Shown: positions 1-13,896, counted from the stretch's first letter. The stretch: DNA of 64,000 bases from Eledone cirrhosa (GCA_964016885.1 OZ024744.1:72044001-72108000), one strand, 5' to 3'. Numbers and translations are program-made. The notes: generated by a model from the sequence alone, not told the origin.

Positions 1-930
1 CAGTTCCTTCTCGGTCCTATTTCTATCTAACGCTAATTCTTTACTAAAAACTAGCGAGTCTAATCTAACTGCCCTCTTGAGAGAATATCACCATCTGTTG
101 TTGATAATGGCCCCTGTCAAGTGCTGTTTAACTAAAGTGCTAATGCGTCTACTGTAGGCTTTGCATGTCGGTAACGACAAGTTCAGCTTCCAGTAGCCGG
201 GTCCTTGTCTATGGGTTCTATCAAGGTTGACCATGCCGGTCACTAGTTTGTGATCTGAATAGGCAACCATGAACATTTGTGGACAGCTTAACATGTCCCT
301 ATCCTTATTTCTAACTAGAACCCTATCTAGGTACGATCTAGATGTTCCGCTAAGATTAGTCCACGTCCACAGTGGCACAGTCGGAAAATCTAGTCGATAT
401 CTATCGGCCTGGTCAAATCGGTCGATTAACTGTTTGAGGCTGTTGTACGCCCCTTTATCGCGACATACTCCCACATAGTCTCAACGTGCATCTAGGATTC
501 CATTCCAGTCCCCCACTAAAAGCAAGGAGCGGGACGTTCCCAGAAAAGTCTCTAGACGTTTGAAGAAGTCTGGCCGCGGTGTCCCGGATGGGGCATATGC
601 GGCCACAAGCCTGAAGGCTCCACCTTCACTACCGTCAACGTCTAGAACCACCAGTCGACTCTCCGGGTCCAGATGTACCGTCTGTGTTACGAGGCCCATG
701 TGTTTCCGCAGCAAAACGGCAACTCCGACCCCACCTCCCGGCTTACAGAGAGATGCGTAGATCTCAAAGTCATCGAAGATGGGGGCCAGCTGTCGCTCGC
801 TTTGGATCCTGGACTAGCAAATGGCTACTACATCCATACTGTGCGACCTGATGTCGTTTAAGAGTTTGCCCTGTTTCCAGGGCATCCCTAGGCCGCGTAC
901 ATTCACACATCCAACTCTTATATTGGCCAT
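1..930 (-). pseudogene. ORF2 APE endonuclease domain, disrupted
   Basis: Fragments 481..714 and 88..474 are separated by stops or frameshifts and are homologous to 57783-58620. Confidence 0.85.
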
Positions 931-1581
931 GTTGGTTCTGAAAAGTTAAAAGAGCAGAAGAAAACACTCACCTCTTTGTCTCCCGGGGATCAGGCCGCAC
1001 GATTTCCATGGGGGTGTTAGAGGGGTTGTCTGGGTAGGTGGTGGTGTCCGGCGGGGTGGGGACGGAGATGTTTGGTGGGTGGGTGGGTTTAGATGGGGGG
1101 GGTCTGGGGTGAGGGGGGGGGGGGGACTTTATTAAAGGACGCGGTTAATGGGTTTAACACAAGGATTACCCACGCCCTTAGGAAAGTTTTCCTTTAAAGA
1201 CTTATAGGTGTCCGTAGGGACCCTAATTATCTTTAAATTAGGTTTGTCTACACAGTTCGAAAAAGTTTTCCCTTCGGTTTTCACCGAAGGGTCGTTGGAG
1301 ATGACCTCCATTAAAGTTTTGTTTTTACTGTTTATGTATGTGTAATGTTCTTGTGTTGGCGGTGGTTTTTGTCTGTTGTTCTTGTGGGAGCTTTCGTTTT
1401 GTTGTAGGTGTTTGTGTTTGGTGTGATGTAGTGGTTTTGTTTTCGGGACGGGGCGTTTTTGTTTGTAATGTTTGTGTTGTTTGTGTTGGTGGTTGTATGT
1501 TTGTAGTGATGTTTCTTGTTTTTTTGGTTCTTGTGGTGTCTTTTCTTCTTTCTTTTCGAACGGAGAGGCTCTCCCTCATCG

Positions 1582-2466
1582 TTACTTGATGATGATGAGG
1601 GGGGCCTCGTCCGTTGTGTTATTTGGAAGGGGTATGTTTTGGGGAGCTGTTGTGTTTGTGGGTGTTTTTGCAGTGGCTTTAGGTGGAGTGGGGTTGGGTG
1701 GGACTGTGCTTGCATGTTGGTTTGTTGTTCTTGTTTTGGTTATGTTTGCGTGTTGTTGTTGTTGTTGTTGTGGTAGTGGTGGTGGTGGTGGTTGTGTTGT
1801 TGTTTTGAGTGCTGGCAGTAGTGCCTCTTTTTTTGTAGTTAACTGAGGACAGTAAGCCCTCAGGTGACCACTGCTTAAACAGTGGTAACATGAAGGCCGC
1901 CTACCCTCAACAGAAATGTGTATGTGTGAAATTCCATCCCGAGGCACACGTTGGGGTATTTTAGCCATCCGTTCTAGCCTCATTTGGACCAGAACTTCCA
2001 AGCTTGTACCTTTGAATGTACCTCTGGAGGACTTTCCCACCGAAATGATGGTGTCTTCGTCGAAATCGATGAAGCCAGTTAAAATCCACCAGACGTTTAC
2101 ATTTGGTGCAATGTTAGAAATTTTTATGTTTTGTGTCCTTTTTCCCATATATGTGGGGAAAAAGGTGTAAAGGAGGGACAGAATCGGCGATACAGAATAT
2201 TTTTGTGCCGTCAATTGGTCTTTCAACAACACCGAAATGCTTCCAAAAAGTTTCCCTTTTTGGATGAAGGCAATATCCTTCATGGAATTCTTCAGAACCA
2301 GTTCAATGTCGTTTTGGGATAATTGAACTGGTTTTTTCGACACATTTGAAACCGTCCTAAAAATTACTGTTTTTAGAACAGTTTCTCTGTGTAAGTGTTG
2401 AGGAGAAGTGATGCTGAAAGCACCACTCTCACCAAAAGTTACATACTGTTCTGCATCGCTTAACAT
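1582..2466 (-). CDS. Tx1-like ORF1 (gag-like zinc-knuckle protein), partial
   Basis: 294-aa ORF with VEGRRPSCYHCLSSGHLRAYC (CX2CX4HX4C) followed by a low-complexity P/T/Q tail; lies upstream of the APE ORF. Confidence 0.8.
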   Translation of the reverse strand: MLSDAEQYVTFGESGAFSITSPQHLHRETVLKTVIFRTVSNVSKKPVQLSQNDIELVLKNSMKDIAFIQKGKLFGSISVLLKDQLTAQKYSVSPILSLLYTFFPTYMGKRTQNIKISNIAPNVNVWWILTGFIDFDEDTIISVGKSSRGTFKGTSLEVLVQMRLERMAKIPQRVPRDGISHIHISVEGRRPSCYHCLSSGHLRAYCPQLTTKKEALLPALKTTTQPPPPPLPQQQQQQHANITKTRTTNQHASTVPPNPTPPKATAKTPTNTTAPQNIPLPNNTTDEAPLIIIK

Positions 2467-3935
2467 TTCCCTAGCATTGGAAATGTCAAGGTATGTGAAC
2501 AGTTCCGTCTTTTGGACGGTTTGAGCAAAGGAAATATTTTCCTTGTTCGTGTTTCTGTTGTGCTGGTGGTGTTGTTGTTATCATTGTTGCTGTTGTTGTT
2601 CTTGTTGTCGTTATTGTTGTTGTTGTTCTGGTTGGTGTTGTTTATATTTTACATGTTATTGGTGTTTGTGTTAGTGTTGGTGTTACAATCAACGCCCGAC
2701 ATCGTGTTTTCAAAACTGACGACATTTTCGATGTCTTTCAATGAGGTGGTGAGAGGAGGTGACTGCGAGCTTAACACTCTTACCGCCTCTCCACCACTTC
2801 TAGTTATGAACGCAGCGTCCATGACTGAATGCAAGATTTGTTTACAATTTTTTTCACCGACGAAATTTTTTCAAAACGAAAATTTCACCCCAGGGAGGGG
2901 TGAAGATGACTTGACCCACCGTCTGAAAGTCCAGGCTATAAAATAGTATTAGATTTAACAATAAATTTTTGATTTCTTACTTAGAAAATCAACAAAAACT
3001 TACAAGCGAACTGGCACACGTCTCAAGAAAAACAGTAGATAGATAGATAGATATGTACATATATTAGTTACTTTATCATTCTCGCAATATGCGACGAGAG
3101 ATATGCCATGATCATGCTCCCAGGTCACGGCCAAATCTGCCACATTTTCATTTATACACCTCAACTAGGACTTGGCATGTCTGCTACGAGTCCTTCTGAC
3201 TTTCATCCGAGGGCGGCTCACATTTGACTCTTCATGTGCATGCGTAGCACGTGTCTGATCAGCTTCATGATGACGATATTCCGTATATTCTTTTCCCCAA
3301 CCTCACGTCATAACTGATCATGTGTTTGCACATGAAAGACTCCTCTCCAAAGAGGTTTTCGAAATCTAGCAGTTATACTAGTCTGGAAACTGTACCTCAC
3401 AACTCATTTTTAGAGGCTAAATTGTTTGGAGCAACGTAAGATAAAGTGTTTTTTTAGTGTCACTATACTATACGCACTTCATATGTACTGTATACACACG
3501 TACACACACATGCTCACACAGATATATACACACACACATATATATATATATGAAGGAATATCCATTGTCAGTTGTCTGCTTGGAATCATAGGTATTTCTT
3601 CGCGTTAGAGACAAGATACCTCAGCGTAGGGCGAATAATAACTAAAATAAGTTATTGGGATAAAAAACGGGAGGAGAGAAAAAAAAACATATAAACAGAC
3701 ACGAAAGGTGAAGTAACGTAAAGAGAGGAAAAATAGGAAAAATATCAAGTCAACAACTCATTTCGAACGTAAGAACTGGTGAGTTTGATGAGAGAAAAAA
3801 GACACGTCTTCACTGTAGCCATGTTAGCGAGAGAAGAGACTGCTTACAGTGGCGGACGAGGGAGGAAGTGAACTAGCGGAGAGAAGATGACTAGAAGAGA
3901 GGGAGTGAGTGAAAGTAAGAGGAAGCGAGAAAAAG

Positions 3936-3994
<59 letters not shown>

Positions 3995-4161
3995 AAAGTA
4001 TGTGTTCCTACATGTAGGGATACAAGTCCCACCGTATGCCAGTGTGGTCCAATGGCAAGTTAATAAATTAACAAGCCAGAACGTACCAAATCAAGGGAAA
4101 GCAAATAAAGAAAAAAATTTTAAATAAATTTCAAAAAATTCACTGTACTTACTATATGTGT

Positions 4162-4239
4162 CTTTACCGCGGTTTCAGATCCCAAAGCAAATAGATAATC
4201 CAAGCGGATTTCCATTGAGAAAGAGATCCTCGTCAGAAG
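4162..4239 (-). ncRNA. Type I hammerhead ribozyme motif (family A, long stem II)
   Basis: Minus strand: CUU-CUGACGA-GGAUCUC...GGGAUCU-GAA-ACCGCGGU-A-AAG, with palindromic stem III. Second copy at 38277-38357. Confidence 0.75.
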
Positions 4240-4435
4240 GCATTTCTCTCTCGGAGAATATAAAATTCCCGAGTTCAAAATACAGTAGAGTGCGACATAA
4301 AGAAGCCCATATGTCGGTTTCTCTCTCGTCGTCGTTGTCACTTTGGCATCACTGTTGTTAGTTACATTATTATGACTGTATAAATATGCACTTACCATTT
4401 TGTCATTTAAATGGTTTTATTATTTCTTCTCTCGT

Positions 4436-4585
4436 TTGAGTTCAAATCCCGCCGAGGTTAGCTTTGGGTTTCATCCTTACGGGGGTCGATATAATAAAGC
4501 ACCAGTAATGCACTGGGTCGACTTAATCGACTTTCCTCTCCCTACAAATTACAGGCCTTGTGCCTATACTAGAAATCATTATTTC
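4436..4585 (+). mobile_element. tRNA-derived SINE with Nin/Deu-like central domain, 5'-truncated
   Basis: B-box GAGTTCAAATCC, then TTTCATCC..GGGGTCGAT..AAAG(C/T)ACCAG, then GGCCTTGTGCC..AGAAA and an ATT tail. At least 7 related copies in the window. Confidence 0.75.
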
Positions 4586-4973
4586 TTCTCTCATTTATAT
4601 TTTATTTCGTTGCTGTTGTTTTAGGAATACTACCGAAGTTTTCATGGCTATTTACAATGTACAGAACAAGTAATTGGATATTTTTTTGTATTGACTTAAT
4701 ATAATTGTAGTAATTAACTCACACTGGACGTAATTTAATTAGATATAATTTAATTTGATTGTTAATGGCTAAAATAACTCTTCCATACTATAATTACTTC
4801 ACTTGACGCACACCGTCGCAAATATAACACACGCGCTCTTACGTACGAATACATGCATATATACACACATAAACACTCGCACACTCATACATATATATAT
4901 ATATTTAGATGCATCCATATGTGTAAGTATAATATATGTATATGTATTATATATATATATATATATATATATA

Positions 4974-5566
4974 CTAGCAGAGGTACCCCGCGTTGCTCGA
5001 GTATTAAATAGCAGTCATGTATAGCATTCATGTCAATACTTCAGTGCTGCTTAGAAAACTATACTTGTACAAAATCATCGGCTTTTTCCAAAAAGGTGTT
5101 CCTGCTCCCAGGGGTCCCCTACGCAATATTTGCTAATTCAGGGTGTTCAAATTCATCTGTAGAACATACGTAGCCCATGTGTCAAGTTTGGTAAAAATCT
5201 ATTGCGAACTCCAGAAATTATGACATTTTGTTGCATTGCACTGCAGTGCTTCGACCAATGGCGGATCGCTTCCTTGGAGGCATTATCTAAGGAAAGAGGA
5301 CATAACACACTAAGATGAGTAAAATGTTAACCAACAATTATTTAAGTTTCGCACACGTGACGTGATTGTGACGGTGATCGAGAGACAGCCTTCTTCCATC
5401 TGGGGGCCGCATTAGACAAAAACTTGAACATTTTACGAGTCCACAACACCTCTGGGAACATAACACGTGTTTGTTCCAAATTTGAAGAAAATTGGTTACA
5501 AACTGTAAAGGTTATGTGGGTAGGGACATACGCACACACATCCTCAGTTCTATATATATATATAGA
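4974..5566 (-). mobile_element. Non-autonomous Helitron
   Basis: Minus strand begins TCTATATATATATAGAACTGAGG and ends in a GC hairpin plus CTAG; homologous to 6585-6866. Confidence 0.75.
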
Positions 5567-5631
5567 GAGAGAGATAGATGCGTGTGTGTGTGTGTGTGTG
5601 CACGGACATTGTAATTTCCCCGGTCACGCAC

Positions 5632-5669
<38 letters not shown>

Positions 5670-6298
5670 TACAGTATGTCTTGTGTGAGAGAGAGAGAGA
5701 GAAAGAGACGTAAGGTTGAGGAAGGGGGAAAGTTAAACTGTAAAAAATCTACTATTTAAATTGGAAGTGGTCGGATGTTGTATATTTAAGTAAGTAGGTG
5801 TAGTCCGATAAACGTCGAAACGGCTTGGTGGAAAATTTACACAGTTATGCAGAATGACCCGAGGAGGCGTTGGGTCGACTTTTAGGGTACAAGCTTTCAT
5901 GATTACGGAGAAAATCGATGAAACAGGAATTTCCCATTCAAATTGAACTGAGAGTAATCTGCGAACACAGAAGTAAATATTTCGAGAAACGTCCCAACCG
6001 AAGGAAAATAGGAAGACGATATTTTGGTTCGTGAAGACGTTCCCTGGCAATGAACGGGAAAAAAAGCGAGGATAATACGTCGCAAAGACAAGACCAAGTT
6101 TATGGTATAAATGGAGTCGTTAGACTAATATTCTATTTAACATAAAAGAATGATTTCCAGCCCCGGAGTTTAAGAATCATGTAAATAAATTGTAAACGAA
6201 AATGACAGAGGTTATTAAAATAGTAAAAGTAAACAGTGAAGATTTAGGCTAGTACATACGTATGCCCGACGGACATACACATACATACGCACACACAA

Positions 6299-6405
<107 letters not shown>

Positions 6406-6584
6406 AACACACACACACACGAGCGCGCGCGTGTATAAACCTTATGCATTTCTACAGTATTTTCATCAAACTTAAGACATAAGTTACTTATGTACTCCGG
6501 ATGGTCATAGTCACTTTCATTTTTCCAGATATTGATTATAGGGCCTCCCGGCAGATAACCACTTTAACCACTTCCTTGGAGTCG

Positions 6585-6866
6585 ACTGAAGCACTGCAGT
6601 GGAATGCAACAAAACGTCATAACTTCTGGAGTTCGCAACCGATTTTCACAAAACTTGACACATGGGCTACGTTTGTCCTACAGATGAGTGTGAACTCTCA
6701 GAATTGGCACATATTGAGTAGGGGACTCCTGGGGGCAGGAACCCTCTTTTGGAAAAAGCCGATGATTTTGTAAAAGTATAGTATTCGAAGTAACACTGAA
6801 GTATTGACATAAATGTTATACACAACTGCTATTTAATACCCGAGCAGCGCCGGGTACCTCTGCTAG
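6585..6866 (+). mobile_element. Non-autonomous Helitron, 3' part
   Basis: Reverse-complement match to 4974-5255; ends CCCGAGCAGCGCCGGG...CTAG|T. Confidence 0.75.
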
Positions 6867-7171
6867 TAAATAAATAAAAGTTAAGATATCGAACGCTGCT
6901 ATCATTTTAGGAGTAGTAGAAGGGCGGGTTTAACATACAGTTAAACTCTCCCTCCCACTACTCATCTTCCCTCTCTCTCACTGAAACGTCTTCTCTTTCC
7001 TCTTCCATTGAAAATATCTCCCCAGGGGTTCCATTGTTGATTTTTATTGAAATTCAATTAGACATTCCTATTTCTGAATATTAGTTTAACAAGTGTGAAA
7101 AGTTTCATCAGGATCGGGTCACTGGTGTAGGCGCCAACTGGTTATACACATATACACAGACAGAAATTGCC

Positions 7172-7227
<56 letters not shown>

Positions 7228-7229
<2 letters not shown>

Positions 7230-8270
7230 TTCGTTTCTGAATTTGTTTAGCAAGATTCTTTATCTGAAATCGTGTGTTGAAACCGATATTGTTATACTTT
7301 GGGAGGGTCATGTTGCCAATAAGAATAACACGCACCAGTTGCTTTCACTTCAATTTATTATAATAAATTTATAAATTTCCGGTTGGTTGGTTGGTTCCCA
7401 ACCAGATGATTGTTAATATATTGTCAAAGTTCTTTCGTCACACATTCTGTGACCTCTTCAGTGACTGGGGATTCTTTTCTTTGTTTTTGTGCCTCTCCTT
7501 TGTTCTGTCCTACGCCATCTTGTTTTTGTGTGTGTGTTGCGTGCTTAGTTTGCGCATGTGTTATATCCGGGTGTCTGTGTGTGTTTATATTCGTTTATTT
7601 ATTTGTTTATTTACATGTTACTGGTTGGTTGTTTGTTCTATGTGCATGTGTGTTTTCATTTTGTCCTTAATTATAAGTTGTGATGTTGCTGTTCCATTCA
7701 TGTTTAATTTTGGTTGGAGTTCATTTATGTTCATTTTTGTTCATTTATGTGATTTGTCTAAACATTGCGTCTTTTAATGTTTAGACAAATCACAGAGGCA
7801 ATAAACATAAATGAACTCCAACCAAAATTAAATAGAAAACATGAATGGAACAACAACATCACAACTTAAAATTAAGGACAAAATGAAAACACACGCACAT
7901 AGAATAAACAACCAACCAGTAACATGTAAATAAACAAATAAATAAACGAATATAAACACACAGAGACACCCGGATATAACACATGCGCAAACTAAGCACA
8001 CAACACACACACAAAAACAAGATGTCGTAAGACAGAACAAAGGAGAGGCACAAAAACAAAGAAAAGAATCCCCAGTCACTGAAGAGGTCACAGAATGTGT
8101 GACGAAAGAACTTTGACAATATATAAACAATCATCTGGTTGTGGAACCAACCAACCAACCGGAAATTTATAAATTCCTAAATTTATAAATTTATTATAAT
8201 AAATTGAAGTGAAAGTAACTGATGCGTGTGTTTCTTATTGGCAACATGACCCTCCCAAAGTATAACAATA
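7228..8270. mobile_element. About 1-kb palindrome made of two inverted 3' ends (pLTRs) of a Neptune-like PLE
   Basis: Arms 7228-7775 and 7776-8270 are reverse complements, both match 48670-49150, and the pair is (TA)n-flanked. Confidence 0.9.
8075..8117 (+). ncRNA. Hammerhead ribozyme motif (family B, Neptune-like pLTR)
   Basis: GUCA-CUGAAGA-G-GUCACA..UGUGAC-GAAAGAACUU-UGAC. Minus-strand copies at 7423-7465, 48798-48840 (CUA site) and 51375-51417. Confidence 0.8.
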
Positions 8271-8599
8271 TGTATATATATATACATATATATAATTGTA
8301 TGTGTGTGTGTGTCTGTTTCTGCGTGTCTATGTGTCTGTGTGTCTGTGTCTATGTGTCTGTGTGTCTGTGTGTCTGTGAGTGTAACTTAACTTTAATAGG
8401 TTTCGACTAATATTGCTCTAGAGTCTAGAGTCTAGACAATGACTAATTTAACAACACCTAGCGATGTATTAAGTCATTTTACATTTCAGCCTACTGGAAG
8501 AAGGAGATGTTCGCCGAAATATATCCGGTATAGATAGTTTATCAGAAATTTCTTGAAGGCATTAGACAAGGAACCATTCGTATCTTCTTTTTATATATC

Positions 8600-8900
8600 C
8601 TTATCCACTACCTTTAGGTGAGACAGCAAGTAGAAATTCACGCCAACTGTCTCTGTTTCTTGTCAATTCTAATGTTTCTTGCTATGGGATCCTTGTATCT
8701 GAGCTTTATGGTAGAGGAAATCTCCCACAAGATCTCTGAAACCATCTCATCTTTTACGTGAAAGCAGTGACCAACAAATCTTGTACGAGGTTCAAACTTA
8801 CTTTTCCGGATTAAGAGTAGGATGGGTCTGCCAAGGAATATTTTGAGTCTTTCTTTACGTATTTGGAAGTTCTTTTCTGAGTTCATTATGAGATATTTCT
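8600..8900 (-). pseudogene. Degenerate RTE-like LINE C-terminal fragment
   Basis: RFVGHCFHVKDEMVSEILW resembles the RTE C-terminal 'RFAGHC..R..E..S..LLW' motif. Confidence 0.45.
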
Positions 8901-9429
8901 TCCTTAATGCGTTTTATTATGATGTTAAAAAGAGCCAGGCCAGTTGATGTGAAATAGTTGAACAATCCTTGGATGAATTTTAAAATTGATCTCAAGATTA
9001 TTTGGGTAATACTGATAGAATATTTTCCATATCATTCAAATGATGTAGCACTCACGGCGGCGTAGGAAAGAATAGATTTTGAGGTGTTCGCAGTGATGTC
9101 AGTAATCCAGATCTGTCATGTTAAGTTCATTTTCTGTTTGTTTGTTTTTTTTTTGTTGTTTTTGTAATTGATCTCTGATGGGGTTTATTGTTCATAATAC
9201 TTTGTTTTCGCGTTGAGATACTACATCAGGCAACAGAATTAGAAGTAAAGAATAGAAGGATAATTGTATCAATATCATGAAACCAGAAAGCTCAATGTGT
9301 CTTTGAATACATTCTACGGGCATGTCAGCTTTGTTATTTATGTAGGCATTGTAGCTCTCAAAAGTTGTCTTCAGAACCACAATCATCTCGTCAGATAGCA
9401 CCCACAGGAATTAGACGAGCCTAACAACC

Positions 9430-9680
9430 AACTAGTTAAAAGGTATATTTACACAATTTACACACTCCTTTAAGTACAACTAGAAAAACTCCATCTCCAT
9501 GACACATTTCATCTGGAGGCTCAAGATCAAGAGATTGACATCCCGAGTATTAAATGAAGCATCTGATATCAATGCTTCCGCGAGAGGTTACAAATATAAC
9601 AATCCCCAATATCCATCAACAAAAAAACCGAAATAGCATTTTGCAGCCACCCAGAAAATGCCGTGTTAACCAATTTCACA
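9430..9680 (+). pseudogene. Possible degenerate PLE GIY-YIG C-terminal fragment
   Basis: Broken frames give ..HSFK.. and FIWRLK.QEID, similar to the endonuclease tails of the other PLEs here. Confidence 0.3.
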
Positions 9681-10042
9681 TCACTCGCCACAGAAAGACC
9701 ACATAAGCTCCACACGCCCCTTGTGTATGCACGGAGTGGATACTCCCATCTTCAAACTAGCATGTGCATAATAAAAATGCCTACATAGTTCCGCCACCAA
9801 GTCAAAAAAGGCCACCGATTCCAATATCATAGGCACATTAAAGCAGGGAACCTGCCAAACATAACAGCGACATCTGGGTGCTTATGGATATAGCTGATGT
9901 CTCTGAGGTAGTCGTTATATTTTACAGCACTACTTAGTCATCTGTCAAATAATACGGCTTATCTGGGGCATTTTCAATCGGCTTATTGCAAATAACAACC
10001 CGCAAAATAACACTTCATATAACAGATTAATGCTATAGACAT

Positions 10043-13000
10043 ATGAATCGGAATGTAACCCGTGAACTTTTTCCTGGGCAAAATTATTCGAACAGACATG
10101 ACCTCATTGCCAGAGTGTTCAGACTGAAACTGGCTAAACTCATGGCTTTAATCAAAAAGGGTCAGGTATTTGGGACTGTAAAATGTGACATGTTCACCGT
10201 CGAATGGAAAAACGAGGGCTGCCACATGCTCACATTTTGATTTGGTTAGCTGATAAAATCAATTCAAATGCCATAGACAGCTTCATTTCGGCTGAAATCC
10301 CTAACCCAGCAACTGACCAGCAATTACATGACATCGTCAAAGGTAACATGGTCCGTGTGCGTCGGGTCCTAATGAGCATCACACGTGTCTGAAGGGGGGT
10401 CGTGCAGTAAGGGATACCCAAAAAAATTTGTTGACGAGACTCAGACTGGTGGCGACGGGTACCCACTGTACAGGCGGAGACGGTCCGAGAACGGTGGCTT
10501 CACCACAACAGTAAAGGGAGATCAAGTCGACAATAGATGGGTGTTCCCTTACTGCCCGCTTCTCTTGAAGATGTTCAACGCCCTCATCAACGTTGAGTTT
10601 TGCAACTCCGTCAAGTCGATAAAATACATATGCGAATATGTAAATAAGGGCTCTGATACCGCAATGTTCGCATTTCAAGCTGAAAATAGCAGAGACGAGG
10701 TCACAGAATACCTGGCGGGGCGGTACATCAGTAGCAATGAAGCTTTTTGGCGCTTATTTGGTTTACCCCTACATCAACGGCACCCCGCCATCGTACAGCT
10801 TGCGGTACATTTGGAAAATGGGCAAAGGGTTTACTTTACGGACCAAACCACAGCCAAGTTGGCCACCGATCCGAAAGAGACCACTTTGACGCGTTTCTTC
10901 AAACTTTTCCAGTTCGATACATTTGGGCAAACAATTGTGTACTCCCAGGTTACATCCTACTTTATATCGTCGAAAAACACTTGGGTACGAAGAAAGTCAG
11001 GTCAGGCTGTTGAAAGACATCCTGGTGTAAAATTTGACAGCTGTCATGGAAGGGTTTACACTGTACCCCCAAGTCAGCATGACTGCTTTCATCTCCGCCT
11101 TCTTCTGCATGAAGTTGTAGGCCCACAAAGTTTTCAGGACCTCAAAATTGTTGATGGATTAATATGTGATACGTACCGGGAAGCCTGCTTTAAGCGTGGT
11201 CTTTTAGAAGATGATTCGCAATGGGATTCCACTTTAGCAGAGAGTGCTTTGTTGAAATCACCTAAAAGTCAACGGGAACTCTCTGCCATTTTGCTTGAAA
11301 AGTGTGAATTGGGTGATCTCAAATCTTTATGGGTCAAGTACAGAGACTTCATGTATGAGGACTTCTTGCGCCTGGCTCATCTGCAGTATACTTCAGTGGA
11401 AGTTGGTTACGGCGACATTATCTACAACAGGGCACTCATTGATATCGAGGACGCCCTCCTCGACATGGGTGAGAGTGAATTGGAGACGTATGACTTGCCG
11501 TCAACCGTCAGAGAGGAAGCTAACACGTTGGCCCCGGATTTGTTGCGGGAAACGGCATATGACATCGAATCTCTTTCCCAATACTTAAAGGAAAATGAGC
11601 CCAAACTTCTGTTGGACCAAAGGGTGGCCTATTTAAATCATTTACGCGGTTCAAAATCAGACTGGGGGTATTTACTTTCTCGGTGCTCCTGGGGTACCGG
11701 AAAAAACTTTTGTAACGAAATTGATTCTCTCTAAGATTCGTCAGGAGGAAAAAAATTGCGTTGGCCGTTGCATCGTCCGAGATCGCTGCTACTTTGCTGC
11801 CGGGAGGCAGGACAGCACATTCAACCTTTATACTACCCTTGGATTTAGTAAAAACTGAGACACCAACATGCAATATCAGCAAGCGCTCACACGAAGCTCT
11901 GGTTCTCAAAGAAATGTTGCCTCATTGTTTGGGATGAGTGCACAATGGCACACAAGGGTGCCCTTGAGGCATTGGACAGCACCCTGAAAGACATTAGGGA
12001 TTCTACGGCTCCTATGGGTGGCGTAACCCTTCTGCTATCAGGGAATTTTCGGCAAACGCTGCGTGTCATCCTCAAAGGGACAAGAGCTGATGAAGTGCGT
12101 GCCTGCCTTAAACCGTCTATGTTGTGGCTCTAGGTGAAGAGTTTGTACCTGAGCACAAATATGCGTGCTCATTTGCATGGTGACACATGTCTGCAGCATT
12201 TGCTCAGAATATTTTAGCACTTCGTGAGGGCAAGGTCCCTGCGGATGACAGGGGCGGCATAGCAATCGACTCCCTGTGCAACATTGTGAGCAGCCCTTCT
12301 GACCTTTGGGAAGCAGTTTTTCCTAATGTCTCATCTAACTTTAAAAACCTCGATTGGCTCAGCGAAAGAGCCATCCTTGCTCCGAAAAATGCCATGGTTA
12401 ATTTTATTAACGAGCAGCTGATTGAGAAGATTTCCGGTAAAGAGCACATTTTCAAATCTATCGACCGGACGTCAGACCCCGACGATATCGTTAATTATCC
12501 GGTTGAGTTATTAAATTCTCTTGAGCCCCCAGGGCTCCCACCTCACATTCTTAAGCTTAGGGTTGGCTGTCCCATTATGCCAATAAGGAACTTGCGTCCA
12601 CCAAAGCAGTGCAACGGTACTCGCATGGTCGTCAAGTCACTGACGTCCCACTTGATTGAGGCCACCATTGTAACGGGATGCGGGAAGGGGAGAATGTTTT
12701 CATTCCAAGGATGAACCTTTTCCCCTCGGCGTCAGATATCCCGTTCGATTTTCGGCGATCTCAATTCCCGGTGAGACAATGTTTTGCCATGTCCATTAAC
12801 AAGTCACAAGAGCAAACATTGTCGGTGGTGGGCATCCATTTGGGAGAGCCATGCTTCTCCCATGGCCAACTTTATATTGCCTGTTCCCGTGAAGGGAGCA
12901 GGAATGGACATTTTGCTTACACTCCTCAAGGGATGACACGCAATATCGTCTTCAAAGAGGTGCTATAGATGTTGGTGCAGGTGTTGGAGGTGTTGGAGCT

Positions 13001-13259
13001 ATGCCGTCTGGCGAACAGATCTGACACAGCGGCATCAGGGCCACCATCTTGCAACTTTGGTCTGCTAAATTCGTTATTGGAAGATTATTAACCCATTATT
13101 GATTGTCAAAAATGCTAATTGGTTCGTAACTATTAATAACCGGTTCAACTGCTTTATGCACTTAATTGATAAGCTTATTCGCTTTCAAGCCATATTTACC
13201 TGTATGTAACTTTTCATAACAAATGAACAAACCCGAGCAATGCCGGGCTAAACTGCTAG
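10043..13259 (+). mobile_element. Helitron with Rep/PIF1-helicase pseudogene, 5'-truncated
   Basis: HUH motif (KRGLPHAHILIW), Y2 motif (KYICEYVNKG), Walker A GTGK, helicase motifs FAMSINKSQ and HGQLYIACSR, several frameshifts. The 3' hairpin CCCGAGCAATGCCGGG is followed by CTAG at 13256-13259. Confidence 0.95.
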
Positions 13260-13267
13260 TATATATA

Positions 13268-13890
<623 letters not shown>

Positions 13891-13896
13891 GAAATG

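Larger units (their letters stand above)
1..3035 (-). mobile_element. Tx1/L1-clade non-LTR retrotransposon, 5' part (ORF1 plus start of ORF2), runs off the window
   Basis: ORF1 has a CCHC knuckle. ORF2 starts at 930 (MANIRVGCVNVRGLG) with APE endonuclease motifs (LLVGDWN, SYLDRVL, SDH, GYWKLN). The 5' flank is (TATC)n. Confidence 0.9.

Noticed and set aside
8485-8532. GAAGA-AGG..GCC-GAAAUAUAUC HHR-like string
   Set aside because: CUGA part of the core is missing.
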